Notes under the pieces: generated by a model
What the model saw: only the letters and a program-made list of their open reading frames with translations
Told to the model about the DNA's origin: nothing
The model's database searches: none
DNA from: an uncultured virus (IMG/VR IMGVR_UViG_3300022602_000082)
Taxonomy: Duplodnaviria; Heunggongvirae; Uroviricota; Caudoviricetes
Virus record (IMG/VR): IMGVR_UViG_3300022602_000082
Direction: 5' to 3' (one strand)
DNA length: 64,000 bases
Translations under genes and position numbers: made by a program
Part shown: positions 1 to 8,074 of the stretch, one piece after another
How the letters are laid out: the number at the start of each line of letters is the position of its first letter
How positions within the stretch are numbered: position 1 is the stretch's first letter

Positions 1-127
1 GTCACCCGCCAGTCGTTCGTTGAATCGGCACTAGCTTCGCCACCGATTTGTGTGCTGTTACATCAACTATCCCCCAGTAGCACTTGTATCCTAGACGCTG
101 GTGTTTTTAGCCGTCCATCTAAGACCG
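1..127. repeat. 127-bp exact direct repeat, copy 1
   Basis: Identical to 42084-42210; diverges at the next base (t vs c). Confidence 0.95.
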
Positions 128-134
128 TCGTACC

Positions 135-270
135 AAAGAAAAACCCCAGAAATCTTAGAGGGTGTGGCTCTGGCATGAGCAACCGAACGATTTGGACTTG
201 TATCTTTCGATTACACACACCCTCTAAAAAGACTGGGGCATATTCGCCAATCGCCAGGTTGCCGCCCGAC
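135..270 (-). ncRNA. C4-like antisense/attenuator RNA candidate, allele A
   Basis: Long interrupted stem (CCCCAG..TAGAGGGTGTG / CACACCCTCTA..CTGGGG) followed by a U-run; loop segments complementary to the 5' leader; upstream promoter-like site. Confidence 0.55.
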
Positions 271-276
271 GACTGT

Positions 277-305
277 ATCGTAACACAACTTTTTATTTAT
301 TCCAA
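277..305 (-). promoter_or_regulatory. Putative sigma70 promoter for the C4-like RNA
   Basis: TTGGAA-17 nt-TACGAT with TGn extension; the same position in B reads TTGGAA-17-TACCAT. Confidence 0.5.
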
Positions 306-509
306 CTGAGTAAAGAAAGATTTATACGGAACCCCATACTTCTTATGTAAAAGAATCTTATATTCGTCTGGAATAGCCTTTACCTTGTTCCAATGGAATA
401 TCCGTTGTTGGCTAACTCCCAGGGCTTTTGCCGAGGCATTTAACGAACCGTGTTTTTTTACAACATAAATAAGTGGTAAATAAAACCTATCTGTAGTACC
501 CGTTTCCAC
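297..509 (-). CDS. Cro/YdaS-like helix-turn-helix regulator (70 aa, GTG start)
   Basis: GSLNASAKALGVSQQRIFHW HTH pattern; AGGAG RBS; nearly identical to 42372-42584. Confidence 0.75.
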   Translation of the reverse strand: METGTTDRFYLPLIYVVKKHGSLNASAKALGVSQQRIFHWNKVKAIPDEYKILLHKKYGVPYKSFFTQLE

Positions 510-554
510 ATTTTCTCCTATATCTAGTATTAGGGAATATACCACAAAATATAT

Positions 555-584
555 TTGCACAAGTAATATTTGTAGTGATATAGT
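555..584 (+). promoter_or_regulatory. Putative sigma70 promoter of the rightward operon
   Basis: TTGCAC-18 nt-TATAGT with TGn extension; conserved in B at 42630-42659. Confidence 0.6.
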
Positions 585-614
585 TTAATCTCACTAACAC
601 AAGGGAGAAGTGAC

Positions 615-908
615 ATGGGATATGACAGTTGGTTACAAAGCGGTGCTTATGACAATGAAGATGAAGAAATCTATATTGAGAACAGAGTTCCTGAGTTGAT
701 GGAAGAAGAGGACTATGACCCTTCAGATGTATCACACATGGCAGAGGCTATCTCTGAGGCTTCAGAAGATGACCAAGCTACAATCCGTGACTACATTGAA
801 CAAAAGGATTGGGCTAAGTTGGGATTGAAGTTGTACGTAATGTCGTACGACTATATGGAAAAGTTTGCTGAAGCTGCAGCACAACGTGAAGTGGAGCAAG
901 GATTATGA
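615..908 (+). CDS. Acidic hypothetical phage protein
   Basis: AAGGGAG RBS; homologue at 42692-42976. Confidence 0.8.
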   Translation: MGYDSWLQSGAYDNEDEEIYIENRVPELMEEEDYDPSDVSHMAEAISEASEDDQATIRDYIEQKDWAKLGLKLYVMSYDYMEKFAEAAAQREVEQGL

Positions 909-1126
909 ACCATGAACCAGTAGCGTGGTTTGAACAAGACCCTAATATGAAGTCAATTTGGTATCAATCTGAACAAGATAACCCTAACGCTATTCCACTC
1001 TACACCCATCCAGCAGACCTAACAGATGAGGAAATATGGGCTATTGCTAACGATTATTTTGTTGGAAAAAGTGATTATGTTTTTGATTTTGCTAGAGCAA
1101 TACTAAGAAAGGCACAAGAGAAATGA
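905..1126 (+). CDS. Small accessory protein ending LTDEEI...FARAILRKAQEK
   Basis: ATGA-coupled ORF; C-terminal motif shared with 43164-43502. Confidence 0.75.
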   Translation: MNHEPVAWFEQDPNMKSIWYQSEQDNPNAIPLYTHPADLTDEEIWAIANDYFVGKSDYVFDFARAILRKAQEK

Positions 1127-1299
1127 ACCAAATAACTTGTAAAAATTGCAATAAAGACTTTGATGGAATCATGGGTGCTTGTGGTGAAAGTAATACTTGC
1201 ACAATCTATAGATGCACCCATTGTCAGCATGAGGAAATTGTTAAGCGAGAACCTATTGATTGGTCAAAAGCATTGGTTGAAAAGGCACAAGAGAAATGA
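1123..1299 (+). CDS. Small Zn-finger-like protein (CxxC...CxxC, 58 aa), not in the ORF track
   Basis: Manual translation MNQITCKNC...RCTHCQ...EKAQEK; ATGA overlaps at both ends. Confidence 0.7.
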   Translation: MNQITCKNCNKDFDGIMGACGESNTCTIYRCTHCQHEEIVKREPIDWSKALVEKAQEK

Positions 1300-1439
1300 A
1301 ACAATTATTTGTAATAAGCATTACTTTGGTCGGATTGACCATGTGTCACTATGCACCAGCCCAAACCACCCAAATCATTACACCAGACGGTAAAATGATT
1401 ACTTGCATTCAAAACGGACAACTAATTACTTGCTTTTAA
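1296..1439 (+). CDS. Small secreted or periplasmic protein (47 aa), not in the ORF track
   Basis: MKQLFVISITLVGLTMCHYAPA-QTTQIITPDGKMITC: signal peptide; homologue at 43729-43890. Confidence 0.7.
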   Translation: MKQLFVISITLVGLTMCHYAPAQTTQIITPDGKMITCIQNGQLITCF

Positions 1440-1440
1440 T

Positions 1441-1638
1441 ATGACAACATTTACATTTGAAGACTACACACCATTTGAACCACCTAGAAAGGCATTAACA
1501 GATGAACAAATCGACGTTATCGGATTTAATCTTAACTATCCGTTCTCTATTCGGAAAATTGCTAGGGCCATCGAACTCGCCCACGGAATTGTCCAGGAGA
1601 GCAGTGAACAAACCAAGGAGAACACCAGTGGCAACTAA
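1441..1638 (+). CDS. Hypothetical phage protein
   Basis: Homologue at 43892-44110. Confidence 0.7.
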   Translation: MTTFTFEDYTPFEPPRKALTDEQIDVIGFNLNYPFSIRKIARAIELAHGIVQESSEQTKENTSGN

Positions 1639-1867
1639 GACCGTAAAAGTACCTGCAGTAAAGAAGACTAGCGGTAAGGTAGTCAAGGCTAAGTCTAAAC
1701 AACAGTCACATGATGATTTAAAGACTGAAGGTCAACGTGGATTTATTCTGTCAGACGGAAAGTTTGCAGGGCGTGAAGAAGCTGCAACAGTAGCTAAGAA
1801 AGCCAAGCAAGTTCCTAAGACTGTAAAGAAACTGCATTCTGAAGACTTGCGAAAGAAAAAGAAATGA
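1628..1867 (+). CDS. Lys-rich small phage protein
   Basis: AAGGAG RBS before GTG; homologue at 44097-44330. Confidence 0.7.
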   Translation: MATKTVKVPAVKKTSGKVVKAKSKQQSHDDLKTEGQRGFILSDGKFAGREEAATVAKKAKQVPKTVKKLHSEDLRKKKK

Positions 1868-2082
1868 GTTTTACCGTATATCAAGTTGATGGCATTAAAG
1901 TCATCCAATGGTTTAACAATATTGACCTATTGTTAATTTCAATGCTCAATAATCCACAGGCGGTATATCACAGGAATATCAAATGAAATTTAATAATGTT
2001 GAAGGGCTGCTTATTGTAATCCTCTGCATTACATCTGTTGTGGATACAGTAGTTAATATCTTAACTTACATTAAGGGGTGAT

Positions 2083-2304
2083 ATGGGCGAGGTTATAGAG
2101 TTCCCAGACGGTACAGTAGGCGATGTCCCAGTAGATGGCGTTCTTGATGGTGCCAAGTTATTACAGATGGTTTGCATCATGGGTTACGACAAAGATGGTA
2201 ATGAATACTTTGCTAGTAGCTCTGGGGACATTAAAGAGATTAATTGGTTGTTAGATAGGTATAAAAACTTTTTACAGGGGATTGCAGATGAAGGAATGGA
2301 ATGA
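2083..2304 (+). CDS. Hypothetical phage protein
   Basis: AAGGGG RBS; homologue at 44427-44648. Confidence 0.75.
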   Translation: MGEVIEFPDGTVGDVPVDGVLDGAKLLQMVCIMGYDKDGNEYFASSSGDIKEINWLLDRYKNFLQGIADEGME

Positions 2305-2785
2305 AGTAGAAGCGTTTAAAGATTGGTGGATGGCTGCAGGTTGTCCCATTAGACCTCCGTTTGAACATCCTTTACATATTACAGATATGGCCTATGCCTT
2401 GACTATCTATCGAAAAGGACAGTATCAGATTGAACTATATATCTGCAAACCTAATACGCAAACTCATGTACACGCCCATCCAGGCATTGAATCATTGTCG
2501 GTTTACTTAACAGGTAATCTATCTTTTGCTAAAGACGGTGCAGAGTTTCCTGACCTATCTCAATTCCAAAAAGAAGGTGCCAATGGTACACATATGTTAC
2601 TAGGCAAATCTTTAGAGACAGTCAACGGTACTCCTCACGCTTTGAAGGTAAATGAAGAAGGTGGTTCATTTTTGTTGTTTCAAAGATGGTCTAATAAAAA
2701 ACCCCGCTCTGTAGCAACAGAATACGATGGCGTAACACTTGGTAAAAAACACGACAAACAGATTGAGAATGCAAATGTGGAATAA
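2288..2785 (+). CDS. Cupin-fold protein, paralogue 1
   Basis: HAHPGIESLSVYLTG...PH metal-binding cupin-like motifs. Confidence 0.65.
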   Translation: MKEWNEVEAFKDWWMAAGCPIRPPFEHPLHITDMAYALTIYRKGQYQIELYICKPNTQTHVHAHPGIESLSVYLTGNLSFAKDGAEFPDLSQFQKEGANGTHMLLGKSLETVNGTPHALKVNEEGGSFLLFQRWSNKKPRSVATEYDGVTLGKKHDKQIENANVE

Positions 2786-3416
2786 CGTAGAAGAGTTTAG
2801 AGATTGGTATATGGCAAGTGGTATGCCACTAAGACCACCATTTAAGAATCCAGTGTTTGCAACTGACAATGCAATGTCATTGTGTCTATTTAGAGAAGGA
2901 CGGTTTCAGGTTGAGTTGTATCTAAATGAACCATTCGCCACGTCTCCACCACATACTCATCCAGGTGTTGAGTCTGCATTTGTCTATCTAGCAGGAAATA
3001 TTCAATTTAATCTTGAAGGTAGGGATAACCCTGACGCACAACAATGGCAAAAGCCATCACCTGAAGGCTATCATATGCTGCTTGGAAAAACTGTTAGTTC
3101 TCCAGATGGAATTCCACATTGGTTAAAGATTGGGCCTGAAGGGGGAGCATTTCTATCTTTTGAGTACTGGAAAGACCAAGACCCAGTATCGGTTACGGTA
3201 AACTGGAATGGGGATTCAGTAGGTAAAGAGCACGATAAAATTTTAAACAAGGGGGATAAAGTGAGCAAGATACAAGATGCCTATGAAGATTGGGCGGAAG
3301 AGTGGAAACCAGTAAACAAGATGCAACACCATCCAAGTAGCTATGAAGGCTTTGAAGCTGGATGGATGGCTGCTATTGAGGTGATGTTAGAACGCCTAGA
3401 ACTGGCTAAAACATGA
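2775..3416 (+). CDS. Cupin-fold protein, paralogue 2, fused in frame to a small downstream ORF
   Basis: HTHPGVESAFVYLAG...PH; internal RBS plus GTG at 3261; the two parts are separate genes in B. Confidence 0.65.
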   Translation: MWNNVEEFRDWYMASGMPLRPPFKNPVFATDNAMSLCLFREGRFQVELYLNEPFATSPPHTHPGVESAFVYLAGNIQFNLEGRDNPDAQQWQKPSPEGYHMLLGKTVSSPDGIPHWLKIGPEGGAFLSFEYWKDQDPVSVTVNWNGDSVGKEHDKILNKGDKVSKIQDAYEDWAEEWKPVNKMQHHPSSYEGFEAGWMAAIEVMLERLELAKT

Positions 3417-3566
3417 TTGAAACCCTAGTCAAGCCTGTACCATTAGATAACGATATTGCCGTAATGAAGATATTGCATTTGATGGGGCAGTTAAGCCCTA
3501 AGGACATTAAACACGTTTTGACTATTGGTATGAGTGTATACAAGGTAGTAAGCAAGGAGGAGCCTG

Positions 3567-3938
3567 TTGATTCTTGCAATGCGTAACGCACAGGCTACCC
3601 ATGTAGACTTTGGATTCTTACGAGGGTTTATACCTAGTAACCCTAAATTCATGCCATCTAACATTGATATGGTTCTAGAGCGTAGAGGCGTATTTTTGTT
3701 TGGGGAGTGGAAGCGTGAAGATGAAGAAATTAGCCAAGGACAAAAGATATTACTGACCAATCTAGCTTGGCACCATACGGTTATAATTATTACGGGATAC
3801 GTAGATGACAAGCCTCACATTGGGTTAATTCAAAAGATGACCCCAACTGGTAAGTTAACTGTAGTGGGACAAGGTGAAGAGGACTTAATTAACTTTTTAC
3901 GTGGCTGGTATGTAGAAGTAGAACGAGGTATTTTGTAA
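3567..3938 (+). CDS. PD-(D/E)XK-fold nuclease-like protein
   Basis: SNIDMV...LFGEWK motif; homologue at 45881-46264. Confidence 0.55.
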   Translation: MILAMRNAQATHVDFGFLRGFIPSNPKFMPSNIDMVLERRGVFLFGEWKREDEEISQGQKILLTNLAWHHTVIIITGYVDDKPHIGLIQKMTPTGKLTVVGQGEEDLINFLRGWYVEVERGIL

Positions 3939-4142
3939 ATTTAGGAGAAGTGATGATTGATTATTCTGAAATGAAAATGAACATTCAGAAATTAAACGAG
4001 CAAATTTATAGTTATATGAATGCTCGTAATGTAGTGGCAGCACAAGAAGTAGCAGAGAAATTAGAAATGTCAGCAAGTATGTTAAAGAAATACATTGACT
4101 GGATTGCAACACACAAGTAAAATTTGTAAGGGAGGTGGGAAA

Positions 4143-4331
4143 ATGTCACAACAAGAACACTATGAAACAGTCATGCGTGAGCAAGAGCATTTAGAGGCTC
4201 GCTTACAAGACTATAAATTTCACAAAGAAAAGTTGGAATGGGAATTAATGTCAGTAACAAATGACATAGAAAAAATTGAAACTTTAATAGCGCAATTAGA
4301 AAAGGAGTTAGGTAATGTCTCTCACAGTTAA
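4143..4331 (+). CDS. Small coiled-coil protein
   Basis: GGAGG RBS; heptad pattern; homologue at 46248-46418. Confidence 0.65.
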   Translation: MSQQEHYETVMREQEHLEARLQDYKFHKEKLEWELMSVTNDIEKIETLIAQLEKELGNVSHS

Positions 4332-4932
4332 TGCAGGTAACGGTGGTGGTGGTGATTTTGAACAATGTCCAGCAGGTTCATTTGCTGCACGATGCTACCA
4401 AATTATTGATTTAGGTCATCAGACCTTTGAATGGAAAGGTGAGGCCAAAGTAGCACCTAAAGTTCGTATCACTTGGGAACTCAATGAGATGATGCAAGAT
4501 GGTCGTCCATTCTCAATTTCTCGTGAGTACACAGCATCTATTGGTGATAAGGCTAACCTGCGTAAGGATTTAGAAGCCTGGCGTGGTCGTCCGTTTACAG
4601 CAACAGAATTACAGAACTTTAGTCTTGAGAATGTACTAGGTGCTCCATGTCTATTAGGTGTGGTACATAAGCCGTCTAAAGATGGTTCTAAAGTTTATGC
4701 CAACGTAGGCTCAATCATGGCACTACCAAAAGGTATGGCTTGCCCTGAGTTGGTTAATCCTGCCGTCAAGTTTGATATTGGTGAGTTTGACCAAAACATC
4801 TTTAACTCATTGTCTAGCTATGTTCAGAAGAAAATTTTAATGAGCAAAGAACTTGAAGAGAATGGTATTCCTGCTGAGAAACCTGGCAAAGAAATTGAAC
4901 CAGTTATTGAATCGGATGAAGTGCCGTTCTAA
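4315..4932 (+). CDS. Putative single-stranded DNA-binding or replication accessory protein
   Basis: Acidic C-terminus ending DEVPF, typical of SSB tails; lies next to an exonuclease gene. Confidence 0.6.
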   Translation: MSLTVNAGNGGGGDFEQCPAGSFAARCYQIIDLGHQTFEWKGEAKVAPKVRITWELNEMMQDGRPFSISREYTASIGDKANLRKDLEAWRGRPFTATELQNFSLENVLGAPCLLGVVHKPSKDGSKVYANVGSIMALPKGMACPELVNPAVKFDIGEFDQNIFNSLSSYVQKKILMSKELEENGIPAEKPGKEIEPVIESDEVPF

Positions 4933-5054
4933 TATATCTGGGCGGAATCGGGGATTCTCGAAAGTAGCCCTTGTTCGGACAGTGCAGCAGTAACAAAGAA
5001 CACGGAGCGACTACCCCCGTCTGCACAGGTAGTCCCAAACATAGGGGAATCACA

Positions 5055-5867
5055 ATGAAATTAACAAATAAGTTTGGCCTTCCAGAGCCAATAGTCAACG
5101 CAGTACAAAACCAAGGGTATACCCCAGGTAGTAGCGATATTACGGTTACGCAGTTAATTCAGCCACCTCTCATACGTAAGTTGCGTATAGAGCACGATAA
5201 CGACATTGAAGAGGACGCTTCAGACCGTGTTTGGGCGTTATTTGGGACTGCAGTACATCACCTGCTAGAAATGGCCTATAAAGGGCGTACAGCACGTGTT
5301 GAGGAACGAGTATATGCCGAGGTATCAGGATGGAAGTTAGGAGGCGCATTTGACGTTTTAGAGGGTTCTAGCCTATCTGATTACAAGGTGACCTCCGTAT
5401 ACTCTTCAGACGGAAAAATTGAATGGGAACGCCAGTTAAACGTGTTGAGATGGCTATTGCATAAAAACAACACTGAAGTGACAAAATTGAGCATTACAGC
5501 CATTTTTAGGGATTGGAGACCTCGTGAAGCACAGAAGAACCCTGACTACCCTAGAAGACCAATTATGACCCTTCCTGTACGGATGTGGACGCTAGATGAG
5601 GCAGAGGCTTATGTCAAAGAACGTATTGCACTGCACCAATTAGCAGAGCCACCAATGTGTACAGATGAGGAAAGATGGGCCAATCCTGAACAGTGGGCTT
5701 TGATGAAGAAGGGTGGCAAACGAGCTATCAAACTATATCCGTCACAAGAGGGTGTTACACTCGGCACAGACCAGTTTTGGGAACACCGTCCAGCCACCTA
5801 TCGTAGGTGTGAGGATTATTGTAGTGTGAATAAATGGTGTCCTGTATGGAGCAATGTTACCTTTTAA
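5055..5867 (+). CDS. PD-(D/E)XK exonuclease (Cas4/RecB-like)
   Basis: GTAVH, FD...DYK motifs and C-terminal CxxYC...WC cysteines. Confidence 0.75.
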   Translation: MKLTNKFGLPEPIVNAVQNQGYTPGSSDITVTQLIQPPLIRKLRIEHDNDIEEDASDRVWALFGTAVHHLLEMAYKGRTARVEERVYAEVSGWKLGGAFDVLEGSSLSDYKVTSVYSSDGKIEWERQLNVLRWLLHKNNTEVTKLSITAIFRDWRPREAQKNPDYPRRPIMTLPVRMWTLDEAEAYVKERIALHQLAEPPMCTDEERWANPEQWALMKKGGKRAIKLYPSQEGVTLGTDQFWEHRPATYRRCEDYCSVNKWCPVWSNVTF

Positions 5868-5881
5868 GATAAACTAACAAA

Positions 5882-5947
5882 TGACACGGCAAGCACTCAT
5901 CCCCCACTTCCCCCCGACGGTTCCCCTCCGTCTAGCTTGTCGTGTCA
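5882..5947 (+). ncRNA. Hairpin RNA with C-rich loops, allele A
   Basis: 13-bp stem covaries with 48632-48697 while the loop sequence is conserved. Confidence 0.65.
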
Positions 5948-5963
5948 CCTATTAGAGATTGAT

Positions 5964-6389
5964 ATGACTACCATTGTTGGCGATTGGATTAATAAAAAAT
6001 TAGTTGCAGACAGTCAGTTTTCAGATGATGATTCTGGTATTAAATACTTTGAAGATAAAATTATTGCAGTAGAAGGTGGTTACCTTGGTGTTGCAGGTAA
6101 TTGGGTAGATGGGGAAAAAGTCGCTGATTATGTTAATAAAAAATCAAAGACGAAACCGAAACTAAAAGCTGATAGTTCTTTCCTAAAATTGACCGATGAA
6201 GGTCTTTTTTCTTGTGGAGATGACCTAGAATGGGAACGAGTTAGAACTTTTATGGCTATTGGCAGTGGTTCAATGGCTGCAGAGGTTTGCATGAGAATGG
6301 GATTAACTGCAGAAGAAGCTGTCAAATGGGCGTGTAATGTGGACTTAAAAAGCCACGAGCCAGTCAAAACATATAAATTGGGCGAATAA
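5964..6389 (+). CDS. HslV/proteasome-like Ntn-hydrolase
   Basis: N-terminal M-TTIV, AD-S and AIGSG motifs. Confidence 0.7.
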   Translation: MTTIVGDWINKKLVADSQFSDDDSGIKYFEDKIIAVEGGYLGVAGNWVDGEKVADYVNKKSKTKPKLKADSSFLKLTDEGLFSCGDDLEWERVRTFMAIGSGSMAAEVCMRMGLTAEEAVKWACNVDLKSHEPVKTYKLGE

Positions 6390-6390
6390 C

Positions 6391-7347
6391 ATGGTACAAG
6401 CACGATGTAGCGATGAAGATTTTATAGAACTGTGGCGAAAACATAAGTCAGCAACTACCGTATCTAAAATATTAGAGATTGATGTCCGAGCGACAATGGG
6501 GCGACGAAAGCGAATAGAAAAGAAATACAACATTAAACTAGAAGCAAAAGAAGGTGGAACTCCTAGATTAACTATTCCTGAGAACAAAGTCCGCACCAAT
6601 CTTTCTATGGAAAATGGAACGATTGTTGTGGGTTCTGATTGCCACTACTGGCCTGGATATGTCAGTACCGCCCATAGAGCATTTGTACATTTAATTACAC
6701 GTTTAAAACCACAGGGAATAGTTCTTAACGGTGACATCATGGATAACGCCACGATTAGCCAACACAATAGGATTGGGTGGGATAAAGCCCCAACTGTGAA
6801 GGAAGAATTGGAAGAAGTACAAGCTCGACTAGGCGATATTGAGAAGGTTAGACCTGCAGGAGCATTTATGCACCGCACCATTGGTAATCACGACCTACGC
6901 TTTGATGGCAAATTATCTAATGTACTAGGGCAGTATGAGGGCGTACCTGGTATGGCACTAGCCGACCACTTACCTGGATGGACATACAGTTGGTCTCTGA
7001 TGGTCAACAACACTTGTATGATTAAGCACCGTTGGCATAATGGTCAACATGGTGTATTTAACAACACCCTTAAATCGGGGGTCTCAATGGTCACAGGGCA
7101 TCTACATTCCTTAAAAGTGACTCCGTGGACTGATTATAATGGTGACAGATATGGCGTTGACACAGGAACAATGTCGGCAATTGGAGGAGACAAGTACATC
7201 TACACGGAAGACTCGCCCGTCAACTGGCGTTCAGGATTCGCAGTCCTTACATTCCGTGATGGAGAACTTATGCCGCCAGAACTTGTACAAGTCATTAGCG
7301 AGGATGATGGATTGGTGTTCTTTCGAGGAGAGGTAATAAAGGTCTAA
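6391..7347 (+). CDS. Calcineurin-like metallophosphoesterase with N-terminal HTH-like region
   Basis: SDCH, NGDIMD, GNHD, GHLH motifs. Confidence 0.85.
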   Translation: MVQARCSDEDFIELWRKHKSATTVSKILEIDVRATMGRRKRIEKKYNIKLEAKEGGTPRLTIPENKVRTNLSMENGTIVVGSDCHYWPGYVSTAHRAFVHLITRLKPQGIVLNGDIMDNATISQHNRIGWDKAPTVKEELEEVQARLGDIEKVRPAGAFMHRTIGNHDLRFDGKLSNVLGQYEGVPGMALADHLPGWTYSWSLMVNNTCMIKHRWHNGQHGVFNNTLKSGVSMVTGHLHSLKVTPWTDYNGDRYGVDTGTMSAIGGDKYIYTEDSPVNWRSGFAVLTFRDGELMPPELVQVISEDDGLVFFRGEVIKV

Positions 7348-7348
7348 T

Positions 7349-7564
7349 ATGGATATTAAAGTTAAAATCATTAAGGAAAACAAAGATGGTTCAGCCAATG
7401 CTCAAGTCGATTTTGATAAAGAAGGGCTTGAAACACTCGTCCAATGGGGGCTTGTTGCTATGCTTACCAAAGCAATTGATGAATACAAGGTTAGACCCGA
7501 TGAAGCTGAAGTCTCTATTGAACCCCCATTTCCATTGCCAAAGTCCAAAAGGAAAAAGAAATGA
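7349..7564 (+). CDS. Hypothetical phage protein
   Basis: Homologue at 50091-50288. Confidence 0.7.
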   Translation: MDIKVKIIKENKDGSANAQVDFDKEGLETLVQWGLVAMLTKAIDEYKVRPDEAEVSIEPPFPLPKSKRKKK

Positions 7565-8073
7565 ACAGGAACTGGGATAAATGTTTTGATTTAGTCATCG
7601 TAAACGAGGGAGGCTACGTTGATAACAGTTCTGACCCTGGAGGTGCTACTAATTGGGGATGTACTAAAGCGGTATGGGAACAGTACGTAGGCCATAGAGT
7701 TACCGTAGAGGACATAAAGAACTTAACTAAAGAGGACGTAAAGCCTCTATACAAAAAGAGGTACTGGGATGCCATACACGGAGATGCTCTTCCTTCGGGA
7801 CTTGACTATTGCATTTTTGATTGTGCTATCAATAGTGGTGTTGGTAGGGCAGCCAAGTTTATCCAAGAAATCGTGGGTGTTTTTGCTGATGGTGCAGTCG
7901 GCAATAATACTGTTACTGCTATAAATCAAATGAATACAGTAACGATGATTAATGAGTTCTCTGATAAGCGTCAAGCATTCCTAGAGTCTCTTAAAACTTT
8001 CCCTGTATTTGGCAAAGGTTGGACTAAACGGGTAACTGAAGTTAGAATTAAATCTTTAGAAATGGCGGAATAA
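7561..8073 (+). CDS. Endolysin, glycoside hydrolase family 108 with C-terminal peptidoglycan-binding domain
   Basis: EGGYV..DPGGATNWG motif; FD.AINSG; FGKGW..RV. Confidence 0.9.
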   Translation: MNRNWDKCFDLVIVNEGGYVDNSSDPGGATNWGCTKAVWEQYVGHRVTVEDIKNLTKEDVKPLYKKRYWDAIHGDALPSGLDYCIFDCAINSGVGRAAKFIQEIVGVFADGAVGNNTVTAINQMNTVTMINEFSDKRQAFLESLKTFPVFGKGWTKRVTEVRIKSLEMAE

Positions 8074-8074
8074 T

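Noticed and set aside
52..309. 85-aa plus-strand ORF
   Set aside because: No RBS; it spans the structured RNA elements and is not preserved in B beyond the shared 127 bp.
1160..1393. 77-aa ORF from the track
   Set aside because: Two ATGA-coupled ORFs in other frames (1123-1299, 1296-1439) explain the region better, and one has a homologue in B.
5055..5867. Cas4-like gene as part of a CRISPR-Cas system
   Set aside because: No repeat-spacer array or other cas genes were seen; stand-alone phage exonucleases of this type are common.
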